Shown: one piece after another, positions 27,445 to 36,948 of the stretch
Layout of the letters: each line of letters starts with the position of its first letter
Numbering within the stretch: the stretch's first letter is position 1
Made by a program: the position numbers and the translations under genes
Assembly (NCBI GenBank): GCA_964422065.1
Contig: CAYQZW010000002.1
Span: 1-56,875, forward strand
Length of the DNA: 56,875 bases
Reading direction: 5' to 3'
Source of the DNA: an uncultured bacterium
GTDB lineage: Bacteria > Hydrothermota > Hydrothermia > WGAB01
Notes under the pieces: model-generated
Databases searched by the model: none
What the model saw: only the letters and a program-made list of their open reading frames with translations
Told to the model about the DNA's origin: nothing

Positions 27445-27725
27445 AACTCCTGATCTTTATCTTGGATGCAGCCCTGGAAGACCACCTGTTGAAGGAGTTC
27501 GAGGCGATGGGGATCCAATCCTGGACCAAGATCCCCAAAGCCCTCGGACGCGGTACACGCTCGGATCCTCTCCTGGACACACACATTTGGCCTGGCTACC
27601 ACGTCGTCTATTGGGTCAAGGTTGAGGATGTCGAGCCCCTGAAGCCCAAACTCCGTGAACTTTCTGAGAAATACAGACACCGTGGGTTCCGCGTCATGGT
27701 CTTGCCTATTGAAGACTTCATCTGA
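27441..27725 (+). CDS. Small P-II/CutA-like ferredoxin-fold protein coupled to the RND pump
   Basis: 94 aa, ATGA overlap with the RND stop. The beta-alpha-beta pattern MKLLIFILDAALEDHLLKEFEAMGI resembles P-II-like proteins. Family assignment not verified. Confidence 0.45.
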   Translation: MKLLIFILDAALEDHLLKEFEAMGIQSWTKIPKALGRGTRSDPLLDTHIWPGYHVVYWVKVEDVEPLKPKLRELSEKYRHRGFRVMVLPIEDFI

Positions 27726-27727
27726 TC

Positions 27728-28159
27728 ATGTCGGTCTGGTGGCTTCTCGTGCACCTTTTTGCCAGTTCCCCGGGGATCTCTCCTTCTTCGGGTCTCCCGG
27801 TCCTTCCGCTTTCGATCCGGTCCGAAACCCTCTGGGTGGAGATCGCGAGCACTCCTGCCGAACGAATGGTCGGGCTGATGTTCCGGGACTCATTGCCGGA
27901 GAATCACGGGATGCTTTTCATCTTTGACACTCCACAGATCCTGAAATTCTGGATGAAGAACACCTTGATTCCTCTGGACATCGCCTTCATTGACGAAGCG
28001 GGAGTGATCATCGACATCCAGGCCATGGAGCCCCTGGACACCACCCTTCACGTTTCACCGAAGGCTGTTCCCTACGCCTTGGAAGTCAACCGGGGCTGGT
28101 TCAAGCGCCACGGCATTGGGGTTGGAGACACCTTGCGAGGGCCGGCGTTCCCCCGCTGA
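27728..28159 (+). CDS. DUF192 (COG1430) family protein
   Basis: Signal-like N-terminus. RMVGLMFRDSLPENHGMLFIF and MKNTLIPLDIAFID motifs. Confidence 0.75.
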   Translation: MSVWWLLVHLFASSPGISPSSGLPVLPLSIRSETLWVEIASTPAERMVGLMFRDSLPENHGMLFIFDTPQILKFWMKNTLIPLDIAFIDEAGVIIDIQAMEPLDTTLHVSPKAVPYALEVNRGWFKRHGIGVGDTLRGPAFPR

Positions 28160-28209
28160 ACCGTCCCCGGTTCCTTGCGGTAGCCCACGAACCGACGGAT
28201 AATTACCCT

Positions 28210-29361
28210 GTGTCCCGTCCTCGAATCCTGTTTGCCCTATACGACTTCCCTCCTCTTTCCGGTGGGATGAGTCGCTATTACTTTAACCTCCTGGCGCATC
28301 TCCCGCCGGATGAAATCGTGGTTTTGACGCTTCAGCGAGACCCGATGCCTCACACCCCCTATCCTGTCATAACTGTGCAACGCCCCGATTCCGGACTTTT
28401 TTCGCTGAAGGCTTATCCCTTCTGGCTCCGTGTTTTCGACCGGATTCGGGCACAATATTCAGTTTGCGCGATCTTCAACGGTCATTTGGGTTTCGCAAAG
28501 GTTTCTTGGCTTTACCGGAAATGGCGCCCCCATATCCGCTACGGCATCTTCTTCCATGGGCTGGACATTCTAAAGGAGCGTCAAAAAGGGCAACGCAATC
28601 CCCTAAAACGATTGAGGTTTCAGGCCATGGTCCACTCTGCAGACCTCTGTGTAGTGAACAGCCAGGCCACGGCATCACTCCTGCATGATACAGTTTCCTC
28701 ACCTCCTCAGGTTGTGGTGGTGTATCCAGGGGTAGACCCCCAGCGATTTCGTGTCTTCCCAGAGGCAAAAGCAACAATCCGAGCGCGCTTGGAGTTGCCT
28801 CAAGACCGAAAGATCTTGATCTTCGTTGGTCGGCCGGTCCAGAGGAAAGGGTTAGACCTCCTCCTCCAGGTCCTCCGTGAACTGCCGGAAGATCTCCTGT
28901 TGGTGGTCTTGGGTCCCGGCGAGTTCCACCGGTTCCAAGCCCTGGCCGAGGATCTGGGCGTGGCCTCTCGGGTGGTGTTTCGGGGATTCGTCACTGAGGA
29001 AGATCTCGTGGCGTACTACAACGCCGCCGATCTTTTCGTCATGCCCGTCCATCACGATCCCAAGGATTTTGAAGGGTTCGGCTTGGTCTACCTGGAAGCC
29101 AATGCCTGTGGTCTTGCAGTGATCGGGACCCGGACCGGTGGAATCCCGGAGGCGGTGGAAGACGGTGTCAACGGCCTCTTGCTCGATCCCGACGACCCTC
29201 AAGCATTACGGCAAGCGATTCTACGTCTTATACGCGACCCCGACCTTCGCCAGAAACTGGGTCAACAGGGACGACAGCGAGTCTTGGAGCGATTCCTTTG
29301 GCCCCAACAGGCTGAACGTTTACGAAAGGCGTATCTTAGGCTATGCGAATCGTCCAAGTAA
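28210..29361 (+). CDS. Glycosyltransferase family 4 (GT-B, retaining)
   Basis: GTG start. C-terminal EX7E-type motif GFGLVYLEANACGLAVIGTRTGGIPEAVEDGVNGLL. Confidence 0.85.
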   Translation: MSRPRILFALYDFPPLSGGMSRYYFNLLAHLPPDEIVVLTLQRDPMPHTPYPVITVQRPDSGLFSLKAYPFWLRVFDRIRAQYSVCAIFNGHLGFAKVSWLYRKWRPHIRYGIFFHGLDILKERQKGQRNPLKRLRFQAMVHSADLCVVNSQATASLLHDTVSSPPQVVVVYPGVDPQRFRVFPEAKATIRARLELPQDRKILIFVGRPVQRKGLDLLLQVLRELPEDLLLVVLGPGEFHRFQALAEDLGVASRVVFRGFVTEEDLVAYYNAADLFVMPVHHDPKDFEGFGLVYLEANACGLAVIGTRTGGIPEAVEDGVNGLLLDPDDPQALRQAILRLIRDPDLRQKLGQQGRQRVLERFLWPQQAERLRKAYLRLCESSK

Positions 29362-30419
29362 CCGATGCCCGGTCCTGGCGCGGGGGCGAGGAACAACTGT
29401 TCCTCTTGACCCAAGGCTTGATTCACCGCTACGGCGTAGAGGTCTTTCTCGTGTGTCCACCTGGGACCCCTGTGTTCCAACGTTTTCAGGCGGCCGGCCT
29501 CCCGGCCTATCCCGTGGGGATGCGTCAGGAATGGGATCCGCTCCGGGCATTGACCCTCCGGAGGCTTCTCCAGGACCTCGCGCCGGACCTGGTCGTTGCA
29601 CAATCCTCGGGTGCCCACGGCCTTTTGGTCCTGGCCGCACACCTTACACAGGACTTTCCCCCACTGGTAGTGCATCGTCGTCGGCCCAGTTCCATCTCCT
29701 TGGGAAGCCGATGGAAATATCGATCAGGCACGGTGGCACGCTATATCGCAATTTCTAAAGCGGTGGCCCAAACTTTGATCCAGGGGGGAGTCGAGCCGGA
29801 AAGAATCACGGTGATCCCTTCCGGAATCCCGATCCCGCCCCATCCACCTGTGGCGCGCGAGAAGTTGGGGATTCCGAAGTCCACACCGTTGATCGGGACC
29901 GTGGCTGCCTTGACCCGAGAGAAAAACTTGTTCTTCTGGCTGGAGGTCCTGAAAGAGGTCCGCAAGGAAGTGCCTGAAGTGATGGGGTTGATTGTGGGAG
30001 AAGGGTATCTCCAATCGGCGTTGCAGCGAGCGGTTCGGGAAAAAGGGCTGGAAGGCCACGTGCGGCTCCTTCCCTACCGCCCAGGCATCATTGGGACCTT
30101 CGACCTATTCCTGTCTACATCCCGAGTTGAGGGACTGGGCACGGCACTGATCCAAGCCCTGGCGTATGGTGTTCCTGTCGTAGCCCCACAGATCGGGGGA
30201 ATCCCCGAGGTCATCCGGCATGGAGAGACTGGGATCCTAATCGGTTCCTGGGCACCCAGGGCTTTCGCCAAGGCGCTGGTAGACTTGCTGACGGAACCAC
30301 ACAAACGCAACAGCCTGGCCCGGGAGGCACTCAAGGATGTGGAACGCTTCTCAATCCGACATACGGTAGATCAAACCTACACGGTCTATCGCGAGGTGAT
30401 CACATCATGGGAACCCTGA
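29343..30419 (+). CDS. Glycosyltransferase family 4 (GT-B)
   Basis: MRIVQVTDARSWRGGEEQ N-terminus and EGLGTALIQALAYGVPVVAPQIGGIPEVIRHGETGIL. Confidence 0.85.
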   Translation: MRIVQVTDARSWRGGEEQLFLLTQGLIHRYGVEVFLVCPPGTPVFQRFQAAGLPAYPVGMRQEWDPLRALTLRRLLQDLAPDLVVAQSSGAHGLLVLAAHLTQDFPPLVVHRRRPSSISLGSRWKYRSGTVARYIAISKAVAQTLIQGGVEPERITVIPSGIPIPPHPPVAREKLGIPKSTPLIGTVAALTREKNLFFWLEVLKEVRKEVPEVMGLIVGEGYLQSALQRAVREKGLEGHVRLLPYRPGIIGTFDLFLSTSRVEGLGTALIQALAYGVPVVAPQIGGIPEVIRHGETGILIGSWAPRAFAKALVDLLTEPHKRNSLAREALKDVERFSIRHTVDQTYTVYREVITSWEP

Positions 30420-31402
30420 GGGTTTTGATTGTGGGGGCCTGGGACCACCGGGGCCGGCACGAAGAACTCATCGCACGCGCCTTCCGACGCCTGGGTGCAA
30501 AGGTGTGGGGGATCAACCCAGGACGGCATCAGAGCGTGTATCACCGTGGCCCGCGAATCTTTCCATTCCTTTTACACCGCATGGTCCGGGCATTCCGTCC
30601 CCATCTCCTTCTGACCTCCAAGGGCAAAGGTGTCCCTCCTGACCTCTGGGCCTCATTGCCAGGCTACAAGGTTGTGTGGTACACGGACTACCGGGACCCA
30701 CCGGACTCGCATATCGTTGCCTTGGCACGCGTGTCCGACCGCTTCTTCCTCACCGCGTTTGGCCAAATCCCCACGTACCAACGTCTTGGGGTTCCTCATG
30801 TTGAATTTCTCCCTCAAGGTGTTGACCCTGCGATGACCCCTACACGCCCTCGGGTTGTGCGGTATCCCCTGGGATTCTTCGGGTCTGGCTATGCCTATCG
30901 ACATCGGTGGGAGATTCTGGTGGCCCTCGCCCAACACTTCCCCCTGACGATTTGGGGACACAACTGGGATCGTTATGATTGTCCCTTTGATGGGGATCGC
31001 TGTCTCTCCAGGGAAGAGTGGGACACACTGCGGCACAAACTGCCCCCTCCGCGCGCCCCGGTTTACAACGAGGACCTCGGGCAACGCCTCTCTGAAACGG
31101 CCATCACACTGGGCATTGGGGTGCCTGGGGTACGGCTTTACTTTTCCAACCGGGTCTGGCTCACCCTGGGATGGGGCGGGTTCCTGCTCCAGGAATACGT
31201 CGAAGGCCTGGAGGAACTCTTTGAGAACCACCGACATCTGGTGTGGTACCGGAGTGTAGAAGAGGCCATAGACCTCATCCGCTGGTATCTCCAACGGCCT
31301 GGATCCCGAGAAAAAATCGCGCTCTCCGGATATCGAAGGGTCCACCGGTTTCACACCTATGACCACCGGATTCGACGGATTCTCACATCTTTAGGGCTCT
31401 AA
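30407..31402 (+). CDS. CgeB-like glycosyltransferase (DUF3880 plus Glyco_trans_1_2-like)
   Basis: The C-terminal segment FSNRVWLTLGWGGFLLQEYVEGLEELF...YRRVHRFHTYDHRIRRIL is typical of the CgeB family. Overlaps the previous GT by 13 nt. Confidence 0.6.
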   Translation: MGTLRVLIVGAWDHRGRHEELIARAFRRLGAKVWGINPGRHQSVYHRGPRIFPFLLHRMVRAFRPHLLLTSKGKGVPPDLWASLPGYKVVWYTDYRDPPDSHIVALARVSDRFFLTAFGQIPTYQRLGVPHVEFLPQGVDPAMTPTRPRVVRYPLGFFGSGYAYRHRWEILVALAQHFPLTIWGHNWDRYDCPFDGDRCLSREEWDTLRHKLPPPRAPVYNEDLGQRLSETAITLGIGVPGVRLYFSNRVWLTLGWGGFLLQEYVEGLEELFENHRHLVWYRSVEEAIDLIRWYLQRPGSREKIALSGYRRVHRFHTYDHRIRRILTSLGL

Positions 31403-31511
31403 GTTCCTCCTTAAGGGATCGGAAGCACAAAACTTCCTTGCCTTGTGGGGAAGCCGATGGTATAATCCAGACCTTCGGGTTTCGTCCACACTTAGGCCTA
31501 AGGAGGCATGG

Positions 31512-34301
31512 ATGTCAGAGAAACGGCTCCAATGGACACTCTTTGCGCTGGTTTCGTTTGTGGTCTGGCTGATCTATTTTAAGACAACGGCGCCGACCGT
31601 CGTCTTCTGGGATGTGGGTGAATTCCTTGCGACTTCGGCCATCCTCGGGATCCCACACCCCCCCGGTACGCCCCTCTACGTGATCTTGGGCAAATTCATG
31701 ACCCTCTTGCCCCTTCCGCTGGATTTTCTGTATAAGTTGATCAACGGCGTGGACCCACGAAACTTGGTCCTCAAGATCACCTCCATCTCCATTACCACCG
31801 GAGCGCTCACGGCGGGATTCGTTTACCTCCTCATCGTCAAGACTCTGAACCTCTGGAATCGGGAGTTGCCTCGACCTTTGGTTCACCTTTCAGGGATCTT
31901 CGGGGCGCTCATTGGGGCGTTAGCCTCGACTGTGTGGTTTAACTCAACGGAAGCCGAAACCTATACCCCTGCGAATTTCATCATTTTGTTGACCGCCTGG
32001 CTGGCCTTCGAGTGGTGGGAACGAAAGGACGACCCGAAAAGTTTGGCGATCCTGATTTTCATCGGCTATGTGACCAGCCTCTTCTCGGGCATCCATCTGG
32101 GGGCCCTGGTCGGATTCCCAGCCATCCTGTTGTTCATTTTTGTCGTCAAGCGAGACCTTCTCTGGGATGTCAAACTCGTCCCCCTCATCTCCGTTTTCTT
32201 CCTCCTGGTCTTGGCCACCAAACTCTCCTATGAGCCCACAACCGTTTCCCAATGGCTCAATGTGTTCTTCCAGGCCGTTCTCTTTGCATATCTTTACGTA
32301 CAGCGGGATCTGGATTTCAACGACACCTGGGTCATTGTGATGGGGATCGCCTTTGCGGGTACTGTTTTCGGCGTCCTTACGCACAACTTTTTCTTCCAAA
32401 TCGCGGGTTCCATTGTTGCCTCTATCGGCATCTTTTTCAAAGACGAACTCTATCGGGATTGGCGGGGTTTTGCCTTCATCATGATGTTCCTTGCCTTCAC
32501 CACGGAACTCTTCTTGATCATCCGTGCCAAATGGGGCGCCATGCATCCGGAACTCCTCCGGATCAATGAGGCCGAACCCGATGACTGGCGGTCGTTCCTG
32601 GATGTTTTGACCCGAAAGCAATACGAACCCATGAAACTCTTTCCCCGCCGGATCCCGTTCATGGACCAACTCTCCGTTTTTTGGCTCTACTATTCCTGGC
32701 AATACGGCCGACTGCTTTTGCCCGTTACCCTGCTCGCGGTCTTGGGGATCCTGACGCACTTCGCCAATGAACGAAAAACCTTCGTGTTGCTCGGCGGACT
32801 CTTGGTTTTGGGAACCCTCGGGCTGTTGATCTATTTGAACCTCAAAGATTCCCCCAGCCATCCCATCAACCCCATGAACCCCAAAGAGGTCCGAGACCGG
32901 GACTATTTCTTCGCTCTGGGCTATACCATGATCGGACTGTATGCAGGGATCGGTCTATACGAGGTCATGCGCCTGATCTGGGCCAACCTCCGGCTGAAGG
33001 TACTCTCTTATGCCATCGGCATCGTGGTGGCGATCGGCTTGGTCGGCTGGCAATTTGCCTGGGCGTTCCCTTACCGCGATCGTTCCCATAACTTCATCGC
33101 CGAAGATTACGCCTACAATATGCTCATTTCCCCACAGGGTCGCTCCGTGATGTTCACCAACGGGGATAACGACACCTTCCCTCTGTGGTTTGACCAAGAG
33201 GCGCTGGGGATCCGAAGGGATGTCATCATTGCCAACCTATCCCTGTTGAATACCAATTGGTACGTCCGACAGTTGAAGGGATGGGGCGCCCCCATTTCTT
33301 TCACACCTGAAGAGATCGACAAACTCCTCCCCGTTTACCCACTGCCAAATGGCAAGTACATGTTCCTCAAGGACCTCATGATTCGCGATATGATCGCAAC
33401 GAGCGCAGGGTATCAGCCATCTGAGGACGAGTATGTAACCTTGCCTGGGGGGGTTCGAGTTCCGAAGATCTACTTTGCCTCGAAACAGGAGTTCCTCAAG
33501 GAGGTCATTGAAGGGGCCGATTTCAAAATGCCGATCTACTTTGCCATTACGGTCTCGAGAGATAATATGCGGGGATGGGAAGACTATCTCCTCATGGAGG
33601 GGCTGGCGTTCCGACTTGTCAACCACAAGGTCGGGCTCGGCGGTGGGTTGGAAGGCATCAATGCAGAGTATACCCGGCGGCTTCTCCACGACGATATGCC
33701 GCCGGATTCCTTCCTGGCACAGTACGCGGAAAAGGTCTACCCGGATCCCAAGGTCTTTCGTTACCGTGGGGTGTTCAATCCCAGGGTCTGGAAAGATGCC
33801 ACGCACGAAAAACTGATCCGGAATTACGCATCGGTCAGCCTACGTCTCAGCCTTTACTATGACAACCTCCAAGACACGGAGAAATCTGCGGAGGAACTGG
33901 CGTTATCCCGGCGTTTCCTGGATCAACTGAATATCAAGCAGGACATTCTGAATCAGATTCTTGCCATTGATACGCGACTGGGGGTGCTTTACCGGGAACT
34001 CGGGCAGTACGAGAAGTCCGTAGAGGCCTTCCGACACGCTTTAGACATCACAGAAAATCCGATCATTTACAAGGAGATGGCCAAGAGTTATGTCCTGGCG
34101 GGCGACACGGCAAAGGCCATCGAGCAGTATGAGATTGCCCGGTCAATGGCTCCCAACGATCGAGAGGTCATTCTGGCGTTGAGCGATCTTTACCGGGGGC
34201 AAGGGCGGACGAGCAAAGCGGACTCCCTTTTACAAGGCTGGTTAGCCCGCCACCCCAAAGATAGCACCGTCCTCAAAAAACTCCAGGAATCAGGAGAATA
34301 G
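31512..34301 (+). CDS. DUF2723 (TMEM260-like, GT-C-type) polytopic membrane protein with C-terminal TPR domain
   Basis: TTAPTVVFWDVGEFLATSAILGIPHPPGTPLY signature, more than 10 hydrophobic segments and C-terminal TPR repeats. Start set at ATG 31512 (AAGGAGG upstream). Confidence 0.8.
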   Translation: MSEKRLQWTLFALVSFVVWLIYFKTTAPTVVFWDVGEFLATSAILGIPHPPGTPLYVILGKFMTLLPLPLDFLYKLINGVDPRNLVLKITSISITTGALTAGFVYLLIVKTLNLWNRELPRPLVHLSGIFGALIGALASTVWFNSTEAETYTPANFIILLTAWLAFEWWERKDDPKSLAILIFIGYVTSLFSGIHLGALVGFPAILLFIFVVKRDLLWDVKLVPLISVFFLLVLATKLSYEPTTVSQWLNVFFQAVLFAYLYVQRDLDFNDTWVIVMGIAFAGTVFGVLTHNFFFQIAGSIVASIGIFFKDELYRDWRGFAFIMMFLAFTTELFLIIRAKWGAMHPELLRINEAEPDDWRSFLDVLTRKQYEPMKLFPRRIPFMDQLSVFWLYYSWQYGRLLLPVTLLAVLGILTHFANERKTFVLLGGLLVLGTLGLLIYLNLKDSPSHPINPMNPKEVRDRDYFFALGYTMIGLYAGIGLYEVMRLIWANLRLKVLSYAIGIVVAIGLVGWQFAWAFPYRDRSHNFIAEDYAYNMLISPQGRSVMFTNGDNDTFPLWFDQEALGIRRDVIIANLSLLNTNWYVRQLKGWGAPISFTPEEIDKLLPVYPLPNGKYMFLKDLMIRDMIATSAGYQPSEDEYVTLPGGVRVPKIYFASKQEFLKEVIEGADFKMPIYFAITVSRDNMRGWEDYLLMEGLAFRLVNHKVGLGGGLEGINAEYTRRLLHDDMPPDSFLAQYAEKVYPDPKVFRYRGVFNPRVWKDATHEKLIRNYASVSLRLSLYYDNLQDTEKSAEELALSRRFLDQLNIKQDILNQILAIDTRLGVLYRELGQYEKSVEAFRHALDITENPIIYKEMAKSYVLAGDTAKAIEQYEIARSMAPNDREVILALSDLYRGQGRTSKADSLLQGWLARHPKDSTVLKKLQESGE

Positions 34302-34303
34302 CC

Positions 34304-35425
34304 ATGGCTCACGCATATACCCCGGGGTTAAAAGTTACGCGTTTGGACTGGATCCGTAAAGTCCGCAGGCTTCCCATTAAAGGGGAGGTCGTCGTTCAGG
34401 TCGGGGATCAAGTGAAGGCAGAAGATGTGGTCGCACGTACGGAATTGCCCGGCAATGTTCAACCCCTCAATGTGGCTGGCCTGTTGTCGATCCCACCTGA
34501 GGAGTTGCCCCAAGTGATGCTGAAAAAGGAAGGTGAGGCCGTCAAAAAGGACGAAGTCATCGCCATGTCGAAAGGGTTCTTCGGGCTCTTTAAATCGACT
34601 GTCACAGCCCCGGTAGACGGCGTCATTGAGAGCATCTCTAAGGTTACCGGTCAAGTGATCCTCCGCGAACCCCCAATCCCGGTTGAGGTCCTGGCTTATA
34701 TTGATGGGGAGGTCGTGGAAGTCCTGCCGGATGAGGGCGTGGTGGTCCAGACGAAGGGCAGCTTTATCCAGGGGATCTTCGGGATCGGTGGTGAACGGAT
34801 CGGGACCCTCCGGGTCGCCGTGACGTCACCGGAAGAGGTCTTGACCGTGGATCATATCCGTCCCGATGACAAGGATAAAATCATTGTGGGCGGCTCGTTC
34901 GTCACCAAGGACGTCCTGGAGAAGGCCGTGGAAGTGGGGGCTTGTGGGATTGTCGTAGGGGGAATTGACGACGAAAACCTTCGGGCCTTCTTGGGATACG
35001 ATATCGGCGTCGCCATTACCGGCAACGAACAAAAGGGGATCACCCTCATCCTGACCGAGGGCTTTGGGAAAATCACCATGGCCCATCGCACCTTCGATCT
35101 CTTGAAGGACCTGGAAGGGAAAAAGGCCTCCATCAACGGCGCAACCCAGATCCGGGCCGGAGTAATCCGACCCGAAGTGATCGTTCCCTTAAACACGGAC
35201 GAGGAACCCAAACGCGAAGATACCCTGAAAGAGGGCTTGGTTGTCGGCAGTATGGTCCGCGTGATCCGTGAACCCTATTTCGGACGGATCGGCAAAGTTG
35301 TAGCCTTGCCCCCGGAACTCCAGGTGATTGAGACCGAAGCAAAGGTTCGGGTCCTGGAACTTGAATTCCCGAACGGCGAACGGGCGATTATCCCCAGGGC
35401 CAATGTCGAAATTATTGAGGAGTAG
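34304..35425 (+). CDS. Uncharacterised protein with biotinyl/lipoyl-like barrel-sandwich segments and KOW/SH3-like C-terminus
   Basis: 373 aa. GEVVVQVGDQVKAEDVVAR and KKDEVIAMS...VTAPVDGVIESI (barrel-sandwich hybrid-like), central IIVGGSFVTKDVLEKAVEVGACGIVVGGID, and C-terminal GSMVRVIREPYFGRIGKVV. No family recognised. Confidence 0.6.
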   Translation: MAHAYTPGLKVTRLDWIRKVRRLPIKGEVVVQVGDQVKAEDVVARTELPGNVQPLNVAGLLSIPPEELPQVMLKKEGEAVKKDEVIAMSKGFFGLFKSTVTAPVDGVIESISKVTGQVILREPPIPVEVLAYIDGEVVEVLPDEGVVVQTKGSFIQGIFGIGGERIGTLRVAVTSPEEVLTVDHIRPDDKDKIIVGGSFVTKDVLEKAVEVGACGIVVGGIDDENLRAFLGYDIGVAITGNEQKGITLILTEGFGKITMAHRTFDLLKDLEGKKASINGATQIRAGVIRPEVIVPLNTDEEPKREDTLKEGLVVGSMVRVIREPYFGRIGKVVALPPELQVIETEAKVRVLELEFPNGERAIIPRANVEIIEE

Positions 35426-35427
35426 GT

Positions 35428-35754
35428 ATGGAGAAGCGGATTTTGGTCATTCTCGATCCTGATGTCGCCCCGGGCTTCCAACTGGCCGGGATTGACGTAT
35501 GGACAGCGTCGAACCCCAGGGAAGCGGAGACTCTCACCGAACAGGCCCTGTCCTCCGATGAATACGGGATCGTGATCCTTGAAGAAGAGTTCCTCGAGCA
35601 GTTCCCCCAGAAACTCAAGGACCAAGTGCTGGACAGTGTCGTTCCCCTGGTGCTCCCGGTCTCGATCAAAAAGACCGGCAAAATTGACGTTGCGGAATAC
35701 TTGGAAAGCGTCATCAAACGTGCCACGGGATACCAAATTAAGGTGCGTGGCTGA
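35428..35754 (+). CDS. Solitary V/A-type ATPase subunit F-like protein
   Basis: 108 aa. KRILVILDPDVAPGFQLAGI...YGIVILEEEF...VPLVLPV matches the ATP-synt_F pattern. No other V/A-ATPase genes are in the window. Confidence 0.6.
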   Translation: MEKRILVILDPDVAPGFQLAGIDVWTASNPREAETLTEQALSSDEYGIVILEEEFLEQFPQKLKDQVLDSVVPLVLPVSIKKTGKIDVAEYLESVIKRATGYQIKVRG

Positions 35755-35808
35755 GAATCGGTGGGGGTGTCCCCTGAAATGGCGGGCGGACACACTCCTC
35801 CATGAACC

Positions 35809-36948
35809 ATGGGTATCCTTCTCTGGATGATGGTCTCCATGGCACCGATCCGGACCGGGGTTTGGATCGTGGCCCGGGATCTCCGGTCCCCAGAATCGGT
35901 CCAAGAAATCATCCGATTTGTTCAATCCCACGGGATTCAGGTGGTCATTCCCCAAGTCGTGGTCGGGGGTTATGCGTATTACCCCTCCAAAATCCTGCCT
36001 CGGACGGAATACCATCAGGAGACCCCGGACTTCGATCCGCTCCAGACGCTCATTGACTCCCTGAAACCCCAAGGGGTTGAAATCCATGCCTGGATCAATA
36101 CCCTCCTTTATTGGTCCAGAGACTCCCTCCCGAAGGACAGTATCCACGTGTGCAATCAACATCCGGATTGGTTCATCCGAGACGACGAACTGAAGCCGCT
36201 CATCGAGTATACCGGCGAAGACCGAACCATGAAAGGCATTGACGGGATGTTCCTGGATCCCACCCGACCCGAGGTCCGGGACTTCGTCACGCAGGTCTAC
36301 CAGGAGGTGGCCTCTCAGTACGATGTGGACTTCGTACATTTGGATTTCGTTCGTTACCCAGGCAACAGGTTTGGATTCACCCAGGATCGGGACCGTACGA
36401 TCATTGAAACCGGGGTAGACCCCTTATTGATTGATCCGGCGAGCCGGGCCTATGCCCCCCGATGGCATACCGCCCAGACACTGGACATTCTGGACCGATG
36501 GTTCCGGTCCAAGTACATGATCTGGAATGCAGAACGAGCAAAGGCGATTACCCAACTGGTCTCTCAGATCTCCCGTGCCATCCAACCTTACGGTGTCCGG
36601 CTCAGCGGAGCGGTCTTCCCCAATCCAGGGAGTGCGTACCATATCCTTGCCCAAGATTGGCGGACCTGGCAGGAGAACGGCAGTCTCCAGGTCCCGGTCC
36701 CCATGGCATACACCCAGTTCCCCAAACGCTTCGAGGAATACGTCGATGCCTTGAAAGAACGGTTAGACACCGGCCCCGTGTACCTGGGCATTGGCGTATG
36801 GCTGGAGCATGCAGAAACCTATGTTCCGAAAGAGATCCGAACGGCAGTCGATCAAGGGTTCCGGACCCTGATCTTCTTTGATTATGGCAATCTCAAACGC
36901 AATGAGAAGTTGATCCAACGACTCCAACGGATGCATGTGCTTCGATGA
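35809..36948 (+). CDS. Glycoside hydrolase-like GHL10 (DUF187/COG1649, YngK-like) protein
   Basis: VWIVARDL, FDPLQTLIDSLKPQGVEIHAWIN and VDFVHLDFVRYP motifs. Confidence 0.72.
   Translation: MGILLWMMVSMAPIRTGVWIVARDLRSPESVQEIIRFVQSHGIQVVIPQVVVGGYAYYPSKILPRTEYHQETPDFDPLQTLIDSLKPQGVEIHAWINTLLYWSRDSLPKDSIHVCNQHPDWFIRDDELKPLIEYTGEDRTMKGIDGMFLDPTRPEVRDFVTQVYQEVASQYDVDFVHLDFVRYPGNRFGFTQDRDRTIIETGVDPLLIDPASRAYAPRWHTAQTLDILDRWFRSKYMIWNAERAKAITQLVSQISRAIQPYGVRLSGAVFPNPGSAYHILAQDWRTWQENGSLQVPVPMAYTQFPKRFEEYVDALKERLDTGPVYLGIGVWLEHAETYVPKEIRTAVDQGFRTLIFFDYGNLKRNEKLIQRLQRMHVLR

Noticed and set aside
35275-36339. 354-aa minus-strand ORF
   Set aside because: It is antisense to the subunit-F-like and GHL10 genes, which have clear family motifs. 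It has no motifs of its own.
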